From Octopus sinensis (lineage: Eukaryota): 64,000 bases of DNA. Of the stretch, positions 63,670-64,000 are shown one piece after another (the stretch's first letter is position 1; each line of letters begins with the position of its first letter). Location of the stretch: assembly GCF_006345805.1 (NCBI RefSeq), contig NC_043002.1, positions 44,578,001-44,642,000 of the forward strand, read 5' to 3'. The translations under genes were made by a program, and so were the position numbers. Under the pieces are notes generated by a model. That model saw nothing but the letters and a program-made list of their open reading frames with translations, was not told the DNA's origin and did not search any database.

Positions 63670-64000
63670 ACTGAGTGGCCATAATCTAAGTGTATGGTCA
63701 AACTGAATCATAAAATCCCATAGGATCTTTGCATTATCGTTTTCGATTATACCTTCAATTTTATGTTCGTACCACTTTTTTTGCTCTGTCAAGTCCATAC
63801 TTGTTGCAAAGTGTCGAATAGACAATCCTTGCTATGTTGTCATGACGTATTTTATATTATTTTGGGGCTAGTACCGTACATTAACTAGTAATGTGCTATA
63901 GAGTTTCACCATTTTCCCACAAATTCTGTACTTATCACTTTCTGATGTGTTGTCTATTCCGTAATTGGTTCTTAATGCTTGCTCTTGGGCAGCACAGATA
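63670..64000 (-). mobile_element. R4/Dong-like family A fragment, continues beyond the window
   Basis: ICAAQEQALRTNY, RHDNIARIVY, GIIENDNAKILWDFMIQFDH. Confidence 0.85.

Overview
AT-rich animal genomic DNA made almost entirely of transposon debris and microsatellites. The repeat families and (TAA)n/(TA)n arrays look octopod-cephalopod; that is my inference, not a search result. No intact host gene is visible. The main content is: about 17 fragments of R4/Dong-type non-LTR retrotransposons (RT plus restriction-like endonuclease), many joined through (TAA)n arrays; four L1/Tx1-like remnants; a Neptune-type Penelope remnant; Gypsy, mariner/maT and Helitron remnants; many tRNA-derived SINEs; and one young, GC-rich, 5'-truncated CR1-type LINE with about 800 open codons (37872-40463, minus strand). 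The most notable structure is a composite small element at 10798-11100: a tRNA-like Pol III head, a (TAA)n linker and a near-canonical minimal type I hammerhead ribozyme. Its head is also duplicated as a fold-back. Other points of interest are a second, decayed hammerhead at the Penelope 3' end, a recent templated inverted insertion, a chained non-coding (TAA)n-associated element, and low-confidence exon remnants of a PPP-phosphatase-like gene (+) and an ARM-repeat-like gene (-). R4 family labels A-D are my own. Most element boundaries are approximate, and all family assignments come from motif recognition by eye.
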